From IMG/VR virus record IMGVR_UViG_3300032157_000010, positions 1-58,013 of that record: a stretch of DNA of 58,013 nt. The stretch is one strand, 5' to 3'. Position 1 is the first letter of the stretch. Each line of letters starts with the position of its first letter. This DNA comes from a virus (taxonomy: Duplodnaviria; Caudoviricetes). Below the pieces are notes generated by a model. That model did no database searches, was not told the DNA's origin, and saw only the letters and a list, made by a program, of their open reading frames with translations. Shown piece after piece: positions 26,501 through 35,233 of the stretch. Both the position numbers and the translations under genes were made by a program.

Positions 26501-29500
26501 GGGCAAAGGCTGCGCCGATCACGCCTTTATGGGGTTCGGTTCCCCTCACCCATCTCTGATAGGCCATGGCGATGGCTTCTTCGGTGAGGCGGGATTGCAG
26601 ATCGGGGGAGAGTTTTGAGATGTCGAAGGGCTTGGCTTCTCCGCCTTTGCTGCGAACAGACAAGCGAACATCCGGCCCTGCCTGGCCATACCCGCCGACA
26701 TCGTCAATGCGCGCTTCCAGCTCGTCGACGAGATCTTCCATGCGCCTAAGATCGGGATCGACAAGGTCTTCCTTGATGCGGGAGAACTCTTTGGAGGCTT
26801 CATCGCGCTTGTCGAGCAGGATCGTTTCAAGCTGATCAGCCTGATCGCGCGCCAGCTTGGCCGGGTAGACGGCTTCGCCGAGGTCGGCTTGCTGATCCTC
26901 CAGTTCGACCGCTCTTTTGCCGACCGTGTCTGCATCCTTCAGGGCGTCGAATTTGGCGCGAACGTCATCGATAATTCCGCGTAGCCGCGCTGTCTCAAGC
27001 TCTCCTACGTCAAGAATGCTTTTTGTATTTGCATAATCGGGCATGCTGTAGCGCGCGATGATCTGGGATGCCGACGCGTCGATTTGCGCAACATCGACAT
27101 CTCCATCGTCTTCACGCGCCGATCGATCAATGGCCGTTGTATCGCCGGCTTCCTCCCGCAGCGCGATGATGTTTTCAAGGTCTTCAACGTGGCTTTCCAT
27201 GTCCTCAAGGATGCTGTCGGCATCGTCCTTGAGATTTGACATCTGATCGATCGCCTGCTCGAAGCGATTCGAGACGAGTTCATCGACTTCATCGATCTCG
27301 TCGGCGACACGGTAGCCAACCTGCAGGCGGTCGTTGACGATCTGTTGCAGGTCCGACAAGGCGTCAAGAAACGCCTCCTTGTCCTCGGGCGAGATCTGCT
27401 TGAAGTCGATATTGACGTGCTGTTCGGCAATATCGATGATGGCTTGGGTGTCGTGTTTGAAGCCGCGCACATGATCGGCGACCAGCCCCAGACGCGAGCC
27501 TTCCTTCATCTCCTCGACCATTGTGACGAGCGAGCGCAGCGAAAACTTCTCGCTGTCCGGCAGTTCGCGGCGCGGGCGCGTGGTGACGTTCAGCTTGGCT
27601 TTCAATTCGTCCACGGCATTTTTGAAGTCGGCAACATTGCGCACTTGTGGCACGCCGGGGCGCGCAACGACAAGCTGTTTGCCCTGCGCCTGGCCGCCCT
27701 CGGACGAAGGCTTGACACTGGGCGGCGCTGCCGTCTCCCCGGTGATGCTGGGACCGTACAGCTTGGCATAGTCCGCCATTTCGGGAACTGTCATCCAGCC
27801 CTTGGACTTTGCCGCATTCTCCAGCGCTTTCCATTCCCTGGGGGTGAAAGTGCCGAGCTCCTTCAGGGCATGGACCGATTCATGGTGCAGCGTGCCGACG
27901 GGATCGAGGGCTGCCCGCGAGATCGTCACCATCAGATTGCCCTGGGCATCCCTGGAGAAGGAGCCTTCGACGGTGGGGTCGCCACCTGTGCCCTTGCGCA
28001 TGCCCAGCATCTGGCTTTCGCTGAGCGCGCTGCGCACGGTGTTGTCGCCCCAGGAAATGTACCAATTCTCCTCGCCGTTGCCCTCATCGATGTTCCGGAC
28101 GACAAGGCCTGGGGCGCCCTCGCGCTTGGCGATGGCCATTTCGTCATTCAGCGAGCCGCCACTTGGCCCGGTCCCATCATTATGGGTCTGCCCGGCCCAG
28201 TCGATTTCCTTGAACCCTTTCGTTTCGACATAAACGGGATAGACCGCAGGCTTCATATTCATATCGAACGGGCTGTCGAAAAAGGCCTCGCCAGTGTATC
28301 TCGCCGTTCCTTCCGGCCTTGACGTAAAGAAAAACGCGCCGTCATGCGCTTCGCTGGCGTGCTCGGCACGAAACCGTTCGATCGCGCCGTTGGGCGTGCC
28401 GTGATAGCCTTTGACCTCGGTCGGCGTGCGCGGGGTGTCCGGGGTCTGGGGCTGTTCGCCGCGGCGGACGGCAAAGGCGGTCTCGCCGGAATTGGCGTAT
28501 TTGACCGAGCCTTGCCTGATCCCGACGATCTCCCGGTCGACGCCGTCCCTGCGGACGATGACGCTGTCATAGCCGGCCTTGAGAAGAGCTTCCGAGAAGC
28601 GCTTGGCGGCGCGGATCTGGGCATCGCGGCCGACCACGCCGCGGTCCCAATATTCGCCAGGCGAGCCCTCGAAGGTCCAGCCATGCTCTTTCAGCGCGGC
28701 CCAGTCGGCGCTGGATTTGCCGAATTCGGTGGCGTCGATGACGAAGGGCCGGGAGGTCTCCACCTGCAGGATGAGATTGCGCATCGCGCCCGAGCCGTGG
28801 CCATAGCCGACGGTTTTCCCGGCGGCGCCTTGCGCCTTCACCCATTCCTCGGGAAACATGTAGACGCCGTGCCCCCATTCGGAGGGGGCGAATTTGCTTT
28901 CGTCGAAGACCTTGAAGCCGCGATCGGTGCCGTGCACGCCGCGGCGGATGGAGAACAACTCATCGACGACCTTTGCCCGTTCGCCGGCCGCAACCGGCTT
29001 GCCGTCCTTGGCGGTGATTTTCACGAGGCTGTCGTCGAAGGCGACATAATCGGTCGTCTCCGCATTCCAGTAGCGCACGCCGGGGACGCCGGACTCCGCC
29101 AGAAGGCGGGAGGTCGCGACATCCGACATGGTCTTAGCTTCCAGGGCGGCGTAAAAGTCGGAGCCCTTCAGGTCCATCGCCTCTTCGCCAAGGCCGGCTT
29201 TGCGCGCGGCCTCCCTAGCCTTGGCCGCGACTTCGGGCTGGTCCTTGACGGGGACATCCCAGTCGAGGAGCTGGGTCGGCTCGGCATCGAGTTCGACCTC
29301 ATAGAGGTGCCCGCCCGAACGGACCTCGCCCTTGGCGACCCGCTCCATGGCCTCGACGCGCCCCAGCTTGCGATTGGTGGCCTCCACCATGAAATCGGAC
29401 GGGTTCGGCTTGTCGAGAAGCGCCTGCACATCGCGGCGCTCCTGCCCCAACACCTGATCGAGCTTACCTTCGCGGCGCAGCATGGCGGCCTGCCGGACCT

Positions 29501-30728
29501 CGCCTGTCGCCACCACCTCATCGCCGATCACGGTCGGGGCGGTGAATTCCCGGTAGCGCGTGGCATTGGCGGCATTGTCCGCGAAATAGAGCCCGTAGCC
29601 GGCTCGGCGCGTGCCCTCGCCCTCTCCGACATGGGCCATGTCGAACCGGTCGAAATCGGCGCCGGTGCCGTGATAGGCGCGGATGCCCAATTGCTCGGCG
29701 CCCGATTTCACCTTGTCGGCATCGGCGCGCAGGGATTCCACCACATTCAGCTTCACGCTGTCGGGCAGGATCCGGGAGGCGACGGTTTCCAGTTCGGTGC
29801 GCAAAGCGTCGGTTGTGTCCCTTGCAGTTGCGATATCGGCGTCGAGGTCAGGATCGCGCGCGGGCACAGAGCCGGCAAGAGCGGCCGCGCCGGCGGGGGA
29901 AAGGTCGTCGGGGCGCGGCGTGAACGCGGGGGAAGCGGCGCTGTCATCCGGCCCGCGGCCGAGGTCATCCTCGATCGCTTTGCCGACGCCATCCATGTCG
30001 AAGCCCGAGGCCAGCGCACGGCGGGCCAGGCCGGCCCCCAGCAGGCCGGAGAGGACCGTGGCGCCAGCGATAGCCATCGCGCTTTCTTCGCCTGTACGGG
30101 TCTGCTGGGTGGCTTGCAGCGCACCTTCCGTGGCGACCGCGCCGGCCGCGCCATAAGCGGCGACGGAGGCCGCCGAGCGCAGCACCGAAGCGCCGCCCCG
30201 CGCCGAGCGCACCACTGCGCCGCCTGGCAAGAGGATGGTGGGATCGAACAAGCCGGCCGCCAGCCCTTGCGCAAAGCCGACCGCGCCCTGGCTTTCCAGA
30301 TATTTGCGATCCTTCACCTCGCGGTCGATGTCGGATTTGATGGCATCGGCATGCGCCTTGGATCTGGCGCGGGTAAAATTCTCCCAATGCTCCTCATAAG
30401 GCGTGCCGGCGATATCGGCCCAGGGGTCGTAGCCATCCTCGGCCGGGCCGTCGAAGGCGAGGCTATTGGAGGAGAGCAGCGAGCCGACGGTGTTTTCCAT
30501 GCGGAAAGCCGCCGAGGCGCCCTCGCCATCCGCCAGCAATGCGCCGCCGCCGACTGTGGCCATCGCGCCGAGTGTCAAGGCCGGCGCGAACAGCATGCCG
30601 GCGCCGAGGCCCGCCGCCCCCGTCACCTTGGCGGCCGTCGACAGGCCCTCATCTTCCGGAACCGGAGTGGACAGGTCGCGATTGGGCAAAAAGCCGCCGG
30701 TCGGCGCAGTTTCAGGGCGCAGAGGCAT
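23568..30728 (-). CDS. Large internal virion (ejection, gp16-like) polyvalent protein with 3 ART-like domains and a zincin peptidase
   Basis: Position before the tail fibre; three HGT-F-F-G.Y/F modules; HHESVH; C-terminal QFKSF region. Confidence 0.85.
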   Translation of the reverse strand: MPLRPETAPTGGFLPNRDLSTPVPEDEGLSTAAKVTGAAGLGAGMLFAPALTLGAMATVGGGALLADGEGASAAFRMENTVGSLLSSNSLAFDGPAEDGYDPWADIAGTPYEEHWENFTRARSKAHADAIKSDIDREVKDRKYLESQGAVGFAQGLAAGLFDPTILLPGGAVVRSARGGASVLRSAASVAAYGAAGAVATEGALQATQQTRTGEESAMAIAGATVLSGLLGAGLARRALASGFDMDGVGKAIEDDLGRGPDDSAASPAFTPRPDDLSPAGAAALAGSVPARDPDLDADIATARDTTDALRTELETVASRILPDSVKLNVVESLRADADKVKSGAEQLGIRAYHGTGADFDRFDMAHVGEGEGTRRAGYGLYFADNAANATRYREFTAPTVIGDEVVATGEVRQAAMLRREGKLDQVLGQERRDVQALLDKPNPSDFMVEATNRKLGRVEAMERVAKGEVRSGGHLYEVELDAEPTQLLDWDVPVKDQPEVAAKAREAARKAGLGEEAMDLKGSDFYAALEAKTMSDVATSRLLAESGVPGVRYWNAETTDYVAFDDSLVKITAKDGKPVAAGERAKVVDELFSIRRGVHGTDRGFKVFDESKFAPSEWGHGVYMFPEEWVKAQGAAGKTVGYGHGSGAMRNLILQVETSRPFVIDATEFGKSSADWAALKEHGWTFEGSPGEYWDRGVVGRDAQIRAAKRFSEALLKAGYDSVIVRRDGVDREIVGIRQGSVKYANSGETAFAVRRGEQPQTPDTPRTPTEVKGYHGTPNGAIERFRAEHASEAHDGAFFFTSRPEGTARYTGEAFFDSPFDMNMKPAVYPVYVETKGFKEIDWAGQTHNDGTGPSGGSLNDEMAIAKREGAPGLVVRNIDEGNGEENWYISWGDNTVRSALSESQMLGMRKGTGGDPTVEGSFSRDAQGNLMVTISRAALDPVGTLHHESVHALKELGTFTPREWKALENAAKSKGWMTVPEMADYAKLYGPSITGETAAPPSVKPSSEGGQAQGKQLVVARPGVPQVRNVADFKNAVDELKAKLNVTTRPRRELPDSEKFSLRSLVTMVEEMKEGSRLGLVADHVRGFKHDTQAIIDIAEQHVNIDFKQISPEDKEAFLDALSDLQQIVNDRLQVGYRVADEIDEVDELVSNRFEQAIDQMSNLKDDADSILEDMESHVEDLENIIALREEAGDTTAIDRSAREDDGDVDVAQIDASASQIIARYSMPDYANTKSILDVGELETARLRGIIDDVRAKFDALKDADTVGKRAVELEDQQADLGEAVYPAKLARDQADQLETILLDKRDEASKEFSRIKEDLVDPDLRRMEDLVDELEARIDDVGGYGQAGPDVRLSVRSKGGEAKPFDISKLSPDLQSRLTEEAIAMAYQRWVRGTEPHKGVIGAAFARVRNFLEAVRNALTGKGMNSAEDIFAKIDAGKIAERADGRKRAAMAKAPRQGASSVGAAASQTGDYRLKSTGIGLEKGLARLAPGLWLQNASSRIARQVADELQESGVYRADHADWFETARGGAEQGQYGAVESRIKTFQGQMLADGFTAIDDAFMKYRKGTDKRRTGDLTVTSLSDYFTGSGDKLDFKQFREAVGRAMAEGDSHEIAEVAALAKRLRPHFDKWKDEAIKLGLLPEGVTPETAPTYMMRLYDRKKIIDNRPEFKKVIVQWLGEVEKSNARVRDALRASMDELTSVEGEIAAAETRIQKRAERQAKADKKAREEGRVSTTDEAAVLKDEADQLAIQTAKVRLKEIEKLVQEQVEAYQGKTAGEAQSAIEARRKADEARDPSAKRRPEQMLKPVRDAAEKIAGQEPKDPAELPGLADQIISRIIGTPEGRLPYDAPSVKQQAFGADMDARGPLAARSWLIPDKLIEPFLERDIDMLLRSYAHTMISDIELAKRFGTPDMITKFKDIDEDYSALLNAAKTDAERRKLQREKDETFRNVAAIRDRLRGQYKIPEDPEAVMLRVGRTALTLSYMSKLGGMTVSAFTDPARFVMVHGLARTFSDGLIPMFANFGQFKKTARELERLHGVAEMITDSRALRMADISDTWGQNTKFERLVQSGGRQFGMVSLMAPWNATMKQFASIMTLNRIMRNAVKRAEGKTLSKGEQEYMAFLGISDGAARRMGIEFKQHGVKKNGLWLPNAENWAPEAGNVRDALSVALRKDIDRTIVTPSVGEKPKFASTMTGALMLQFKSFAFSATQKMLIAGLQQRDAAAVNGALLSMVLGGLVYYLKGEMAGKPALIPTSIDDTNWGVFMGEAFDRSGLAGILMEGNNLVEKVSRGKVGLAALTGKPISRYASRNTLQSLAGPTFGLAEDALDIAGSVFDDRQWTRKDNHRIRQVIPGQNIFYLRKPIDQIEAGLNEALGIPERASR

Positions 30729-30786
30729 GGATGTCTTTCTTGATTTATAAGAGGAAAATCAGCTTAAGGTAGGATTTTCGTACGTT

Positions 30787-33435
30787 TTAGTCGAACAGCC
30801 CCATGATCGCCCGCTGCGCCAGATCGACCGATGCATCCAGCGCCGGCCTTGGATCATGCGCCTGGGACAGAGCCTTCTGCCTGACTTCGGCTTCCTTGGA
30901 CTTGGCGGCCTTGACGTCGACGAAGAAGGGGCGGGGTGCGATCCGGATAGCGGGGATGCCGTTTTCATCCTCGTCGATCCAGCCGATATCGTAGGAGGGA
31001 TGCGGATTGCCCCGGGCAATGTCGCCGAAGGTGGTGGGGCCGGAGCGGATGATGATCTTGTCCAGCGGGATTTCTTTGCCGGCCAGCTCTCGCACCGTCT
31101 GTTTCAGATCGTCGGTGAAGTAATCCATCGACGGCTTGCCATTGGCTCGGGATGCGATCGGGGGATAGTATTTCTCCGGCGGCTCGCGCATCAGGATTTT
31201 CCGGCCGGTGATGGCCGAGGTGGAATAGACCTGGGCGAGATGGTTCTGGGCGGCCTTCTTGGCCCATTCCGCGTCGCCGGTCTCGACATAGTTCATCCGG
31301 AAGGCTTCGCGATAGGCTTCCTGCACCTCGGCCCTGGCGCGGTCGTTGATGAAGCCGGGCTCGGAGGAGAACCAGCCGTCATGCCTGGCGGTGATGTCGG
31401 CGACGGTGAGGTCCTTGGCGAGCTTGGCCCCATCCTCGGCCAGCGCCTTCTTGGCCTTCTGGAATTCCGGGGTCTTGGTTTCCTCGATCTTGGCGATCGC
31501 CTGTTGCGGGGTGAGGCCGAGATCCATCACCAGGGTGTTGAACCGTGTGGTGTCGGCTTCAAAATCCTTGTCCGCCCCCGTCGCGCCCGGCCGCTCGCGC
31601 ATGATGCGCCCGACGGTCTGATAGGCATAGATCTTCTGCTCACCCGAGCCATTGACCGCCATGCCGCGCAGCGACTGCATCGCCCCTTGCGGGATATAGG
31701 AGGTCTCCTGGGCGAGCTTCACCACGGCTTCGGCGGCTTCCGGCTGCCCAGATTGCAGGGCGGTGGAGAGATCCGACGCCGCCCAGGCCTTGTCGACCAC
31801 CTTGCGGTCATCGGCGGAACCGGGATCGACGGGATAGGCGCCGGCGATCAGCATCCGCGCCCGCTCGGCATCGGCTTCCTTCTCGCGCAAAGCATTGGCC
31901 CTGGCGACGATATCGCCGCGGGCGGCCGCCAGTTCGCGGGCGAAGGCGCCGCGCATAGTGGGATCTTCGAGCGTGGCGGTCATCACCTCGCCGCGGATCG
32001 CCTTGAGGGCGGCTTGCCCTTCGCGCGATTCCCGGTCGTTCTGCAATTCGCCATGGCCCAGAATGCGCGAGGTCGGGATGGAATAGGTCTTGGAGAGTGA
32101 ACCCGCCAGTTGCTTGACGGCGGCAAGCTGCTCCGGCGTCTCGTCGCCGCCAGAACCCAGCAGCGAAATCCCGATGGCATTCTCATTGGACAGGCCCGAG
32201 GCATCCTTGCGCTGACCATGGGAGACGGGCTTGACATGGTTGGTGCGCTTGTCCATCGGCGCACCCTGGTAGATGGTGCCGTCCTTGTCGATGTAGAAAT
32301 GATAGCCGAACGAGCCGCCGCGGGCGCGGTCGACGGAATGGCCGTATTTGATGAAGCGATCGGCGCCGTCGCCGCCGGTGTGATGCAGCACGATGCCCTT
32401 GAAAGGCTGGGCATGGCGCGAGGCCGAGCGGCCATATTCGGCGTCGTCGCTGACCCGGTCGACAATGCGAAGGCCATTGACGACAAAGCGCCCGCCTTCT
32501 TCGCGCCCCGGTGAAACAGGTTTTGTTTCACGGGAAACAGCCTCCGCGCGCGGCCCGGTGATCCGACCCTTGCCGCGGGCATAATCGGTGATGGAAACCG
32601 CTCCGTCCGGCTTGGCTTCACCGGTTGTCGGCTTGGCTCTGGTCTCGGGGTTCTCGGCTTCATCCACCTTGCCGGAGATGCCCCCGCCCAGGCTGGGCTG
32701 AGTGCTGCCGGGGGCATCGAACAGATCGCCGGTGAGCCGGTCCAGCGTCTTGGCGTCGGCGTTTTCCTTCAGATTGCGGACGAACTCTTTTGCCGCTTTC
32801 TGGCGCATTTCGTCAAGCACCGGGGCGGGGACGATGCCGCGATAGGCCTCGATCGACTGCTCGATGCGGTCGATGCCGCCGCGCACGTCTCCGCCGGCAA
32901 TCGCGCGCTGGGTGATGGCATCGACATTGGTGGCGAGCTGGTCGCCGAACATGCGGATGCGTTCGTTGTTCTCATACGCAATCGATTTGCCGATATATTG
33001 ATGCTGGCGGCGGATTTTCAGGCTTTCGAATTTCTGCAAAGCCTCTTCCGACGGGCGGAAGCCGCGCTCGGTCAGCCTTGCACGCACGCCCTCGGTGTCG
33101 GTCTCCAGCCGGGCGGTGAGCGTATCGGTCATCCGCTCGGCGCCAGAGCGGGCGCGTGTGGTCTCATCGTTGAAGGCGCGTGAATAGCCGGTGTCGAGTT
33201 CGAGGTCCGCGGCATCGAGGAAAGCGGCATCTTCCGCCGCGCGCCGGCGCTCCTCCAGCTTCTGCTGGGCCTCGACATAGCCGGACAGGGCCTTGCCGAC
33301 ATCGCCGATGGAGGCGCCGACCTGACGCGTTGCCCGCCCGACCTGGGCGCCGAAATCATCACCGTCCGCCCGAGGCAGGGCTTGCGTCGCCGCGCTCGGA
33401 ATCGGGACATTATTGGGGCCGATGACCCTAGCCAT
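30787..33435 (-). CDS. Internal virion protein (gp15-like) with N-acetylmuramoyl-L-alanine amidase domain
   Basis: IVLHHTG, GYHFYI..DGTI..G, NH, AIGI, T.EQ, ILGHGE. Confidence 0.85.
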   Translation of the reverse strand: MARVIGPNNVPIPSAATQALPRADGDDFGAQVGRATRQVGASIGDVGKALSGYVEAQQKLEERRRAAEDAAFLDAADLELDTGYSRAFNDETTRARSGAERMTDTLTARLETDTEGVRARLTERGFRPSEEALQKFESLKIRRQHQYIGKSIAYENNERIRMFGDQLATNVDAITQRAIAGGDVRGGIDRIEQSIEAYRGIVPAPVLDEMRQKAAKEFVRNLKENADAKTLDRLTGDLFDAPGSTQPSLGGGISGKVDEAENPETRAKPTTGEAKPDGAVSITDYARGKGRITGPRAEAVSRETKPVSPGREEGGRFVVNGLRIVDRVSDDAEYGRSASRHAQPFKGIVLHHTGGDGADRFIKYGHSVDRARGGSFGYHFYIDKDGTIYQGAPMDKRTNHVKPVSHGQRKDASGLSNENAIGISLLGSGGDETPEQLAAVKQLAGSLSKTYSIPTSRILGHGELQNDRESREGQAALKAIRGEVMTATLEDPTMRGAFARELAAARGDIVARANALREKEADAERARMLIAGAYPVDPGSADDRKVVDKAWAASDLSTALQSGQPEAAEAVVKLAQETSYIPQGAMQSLRGMAVNGSGEQKIYAYQTVGRIMRERPGATGADKDFEADTTRFNTLVMDLGLTPQQAIAKIEETKTPEFQKAKKALAEDGAKLAKDLTVADITARHDGWFSSEPGFINDRARAEVQEAYREAFRMNYVETGDAEWAKKAAQNHLAQVYSTSAITGRKILMREPPEKYYPPIASRANGKPSMDYFTDDLKQTVRELAGKEIPLDKIIIRSGPTTFGDIARGNPHPSYDIGWIDEDENGIPAIRIAPRPFFVDVKAAKSKEAEVRQKALSQAHDPRPALDASVDLAQRAIMGLFD

Positions 33436-33463
33436 GGATGGGGGATTCCTCTATGATATGATC

Positions 33464-33620
33464 GTGACATGCGGCGTGGAAGCAGACACGCAGTTGTGGC
33501 GATGTTCCCTTACCCGACTGCAGGGGAAGCCCAGAGACCGGATACGCAGATAGTCCGCGCGGCCTAGAAAGGCCTTTGCTCAAAATCGGGAAATAGCCGG
33601 GGTAGCGTCCGGCCTGTCAC
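33464..33620 (+). ncRNA. tRNA-like structured RNA (candidate)
   Basis: gtgaca/tgtcac closing stem, gcgtg/cacgc arm, gccgg/ccggc arm, TATGAT just upstream. Confidence 0.55.
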
Positions 33621-33630
33621 AGCAACGGCT

Positions 33631-34122
33631 CTAGACAAGCGGATTACCCGCGGTCCGACCGGCCTGCGGGTAGTTGTTGAACGCGCGCGAAGCCCCCGAC
33701 AGCAAGGTGGCGGCGGCGGAGAGCTTTCCGGCTTTTTTGAAATTCTTCGCCGCCGTCCGGTCCAGATTGGCCTGGTTCTCATAGGCATTGGCCTTGACCG
33801 CGCCTTCATGGGTGATGCGGGAGGAACCGAGCGCAATCTCATTGACGATGTCTTCGTCCACCATCAAAGGCGTGCCGGCGAGATCGATGCCCGAGGCGCC
33901 GCGGCTCGCGATGGCGGTCGCCCGCTCGCGGCTCATCTTGCGCTCATAGTCGGAGGCCTCGACCGCCGCCCGGTCGCGCTCGGCAGCGGCGTTGATCTCG
34001 CCCACCTTGGCGTTATATTCTGCGGCATTGGCATTGGCTTCGCCTTCATTCCTGGCGCCGACCGCGCCGACGACGGAGCCGGCCATGCCAAGCACGGCGG
34101 AGGCAACAGCAAGAAAAGCCAT
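33631..34122 (-). CDS. Internal virion protein (gp14-like)
   Basis: Ala/Gly-rich, A.YNA, ASGIDL.GTP; synteny. Confidence 0.8.
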   Translation of the reverse strand: MAFLAVASAVLGMAGSVVGAVGARNEGEANANAAEYNAKVGEINAAAERDRAAVEASDYERKMSRERATAIASRGASGIDLAGTPLMVDEDIVNEIALGSSRITHEGAVKANAYENQANLDRTAAKNFKKAGKLSAAATLLSGASRAFNNYPQAGRTAGNPLV

Positions 34123-34156
34123 TGGTTCGATTTCCGATATGTGGTAGGGTTGAGAG

Positions 34157-34372
34157 ATGGACGCTGAGACACTGACCTATTTCCGCGATCACGTGAAAGC
34201 CCTCGAAGCGCGGGCGCTTGACGGCGATGAAGACGCCATCAAATCGCTGTGCTGCATGGTGCTGATCCGCGAATATGGCTCACCGCCCCCCGAAGGCGAC
34301 GGCCTGGAGTTCACCACCTTCCAAGGCGATGTCGTCGATCTGGCGGAATGGATGAAACGGAGGGCGGCGTGA
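34157..34372 (+). CDS. Hypothetical protein (antisense insert)
   Basis: TGGTAGGGT -10-like box upstream; coupled to the next ORF. Confidence 0.6.
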   Translation: MDAETLTYFRDHVKALEARALDGDEDAIKSLCCMVLIREYGSPPPEGDGLEFTTFQGDVVDLAEWMKRRAA

Positions 34373-34575
34373 GCGATATCGATGACGATGTCTGGTACAT
34401 GTGGGAGCACACCTATCGCATCGTCAACAACATCCCTCACCCAAAAATGCTTTCCGAATTTGACCGGCTTCGCATCGCGTCAGTCATGCGCAAGACTTAC
34501 AGCGCCGACGAGGGGAAAACCGATTCTTCCCTTGCCAAGCTGCTCTCGAACCCTGGAAAACGGAGGGCGGCGTGA
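34369..34575 (+). CDS. Hypothetical protein flanked by 20-bp direct repeats
   Basis: GGAGG RBS with GTGA overlap. Confidence 0.6.
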   Translation: MSDIDDDVWYMWEHTYRIVNNIPHPKMLSEFDRLRIASVMRKTYSADEGKTDSSLAKLLSNPGKRRAA

Positions 34576-34841
34576 GCCGGTGGGAAGCCTTTCTCGAGGG
34601 CATGGCTTCATGCCTCGATCTGTTTCCGCGCCCGCGGCGCTTCGCGTTTCAGGACAAGACGGATGCCGAGGCGCTCGCGGATGACTGGCGCGTCGTCGGC
34701 GAAGACCTCTCCCGCACCATGGCAAACAGCAGCGCCGACCGCCCATCTGCAAAGAACTGCCGCATCGGTAGCGGCGTCTCCTGCTCAAACCCAAGCGTCT
34801 TCACCCAGCGCACCGCCGCGGTGAACCCCGGATCGACATAG
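34572..34841 (+). CDS. Hypothetical protein
   Basis: FLEGMAS.LDLF...DAEALADDWRVVGEDL; 3' end overlaps the opposite-strand gene. Confidence 0.55.
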   Translation: MSRWEAFLEGMASCLDLFPRPRRFAFQDKTDAEALADDWRVVGEDLSRTMANSSADRPSAKNCRIGSGVSCSNPSVFTQRTAAVNPGST

Positions 34842-35137
34842 GCTTCCACCCGGGCGAACCGGGTCTGCTCAGCCAGAAACGCCTTCACCGCCTTGTGCAC
34901 CGCGCGCCAATGGAGCGGTGCCCGCGATGACAGCACGCACCAGGCAAGGCCTCGAGGTCCATCCACCGGCATCACCCCCGCCGCCCCGATGATCTCGCCA
35001 GAGACCGCCCCGGAGAAGCACGGGCCTTCCATGAACCGCGCCAGATACTCCTCCGCCGCCAGGGCCTTCATCCATTCCTGCCCGCCATAGTCGGCAAGCT
35101 CTTGCAGATGATCGGGCTTGAAAGGGAGAAGGTGCAT
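34649..35137 (-). CDS. GNAT-fold internal virion protein (T7 gp13-like)
   Basis: IIGAAG, RVEAYV, AVRW...LGF; synteny after tail tubular B. Confidence 0.75.
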   Translation of the reverse strand: MHLLPFKPDHLQELADYGGQEWMKALAAEEYLARFMEGPCFSGAVSGEIIGAAGVMPVDGPRGLAWCVLSSRAPLHWRAVHKAVKAFLAEQTRFARVEAYVDPGFTAAVRWVKTLGFEQETPLPMRQFFADGRSALLFAMVRERSSPTTRQSSASASASVLS

Positions 35138-35233
35138 TGGTAGAATCGCCTTGTGTGATCACAAACACGCTCTGCCGTTCATGGCGGGTTCTTTTGGTTG
35201 GAAGGTTCCTTCCTGGCTTCGGCTGGGAAGGAA

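Noticed and set aside
28344-30743. Long plus-strand ORFs opposite real genes (also 6169-7503, 35669-37099, 52489-54225)
   Set aside because: These are antisense shadows of GC-rich coding sequence, with no motifs or RBS.
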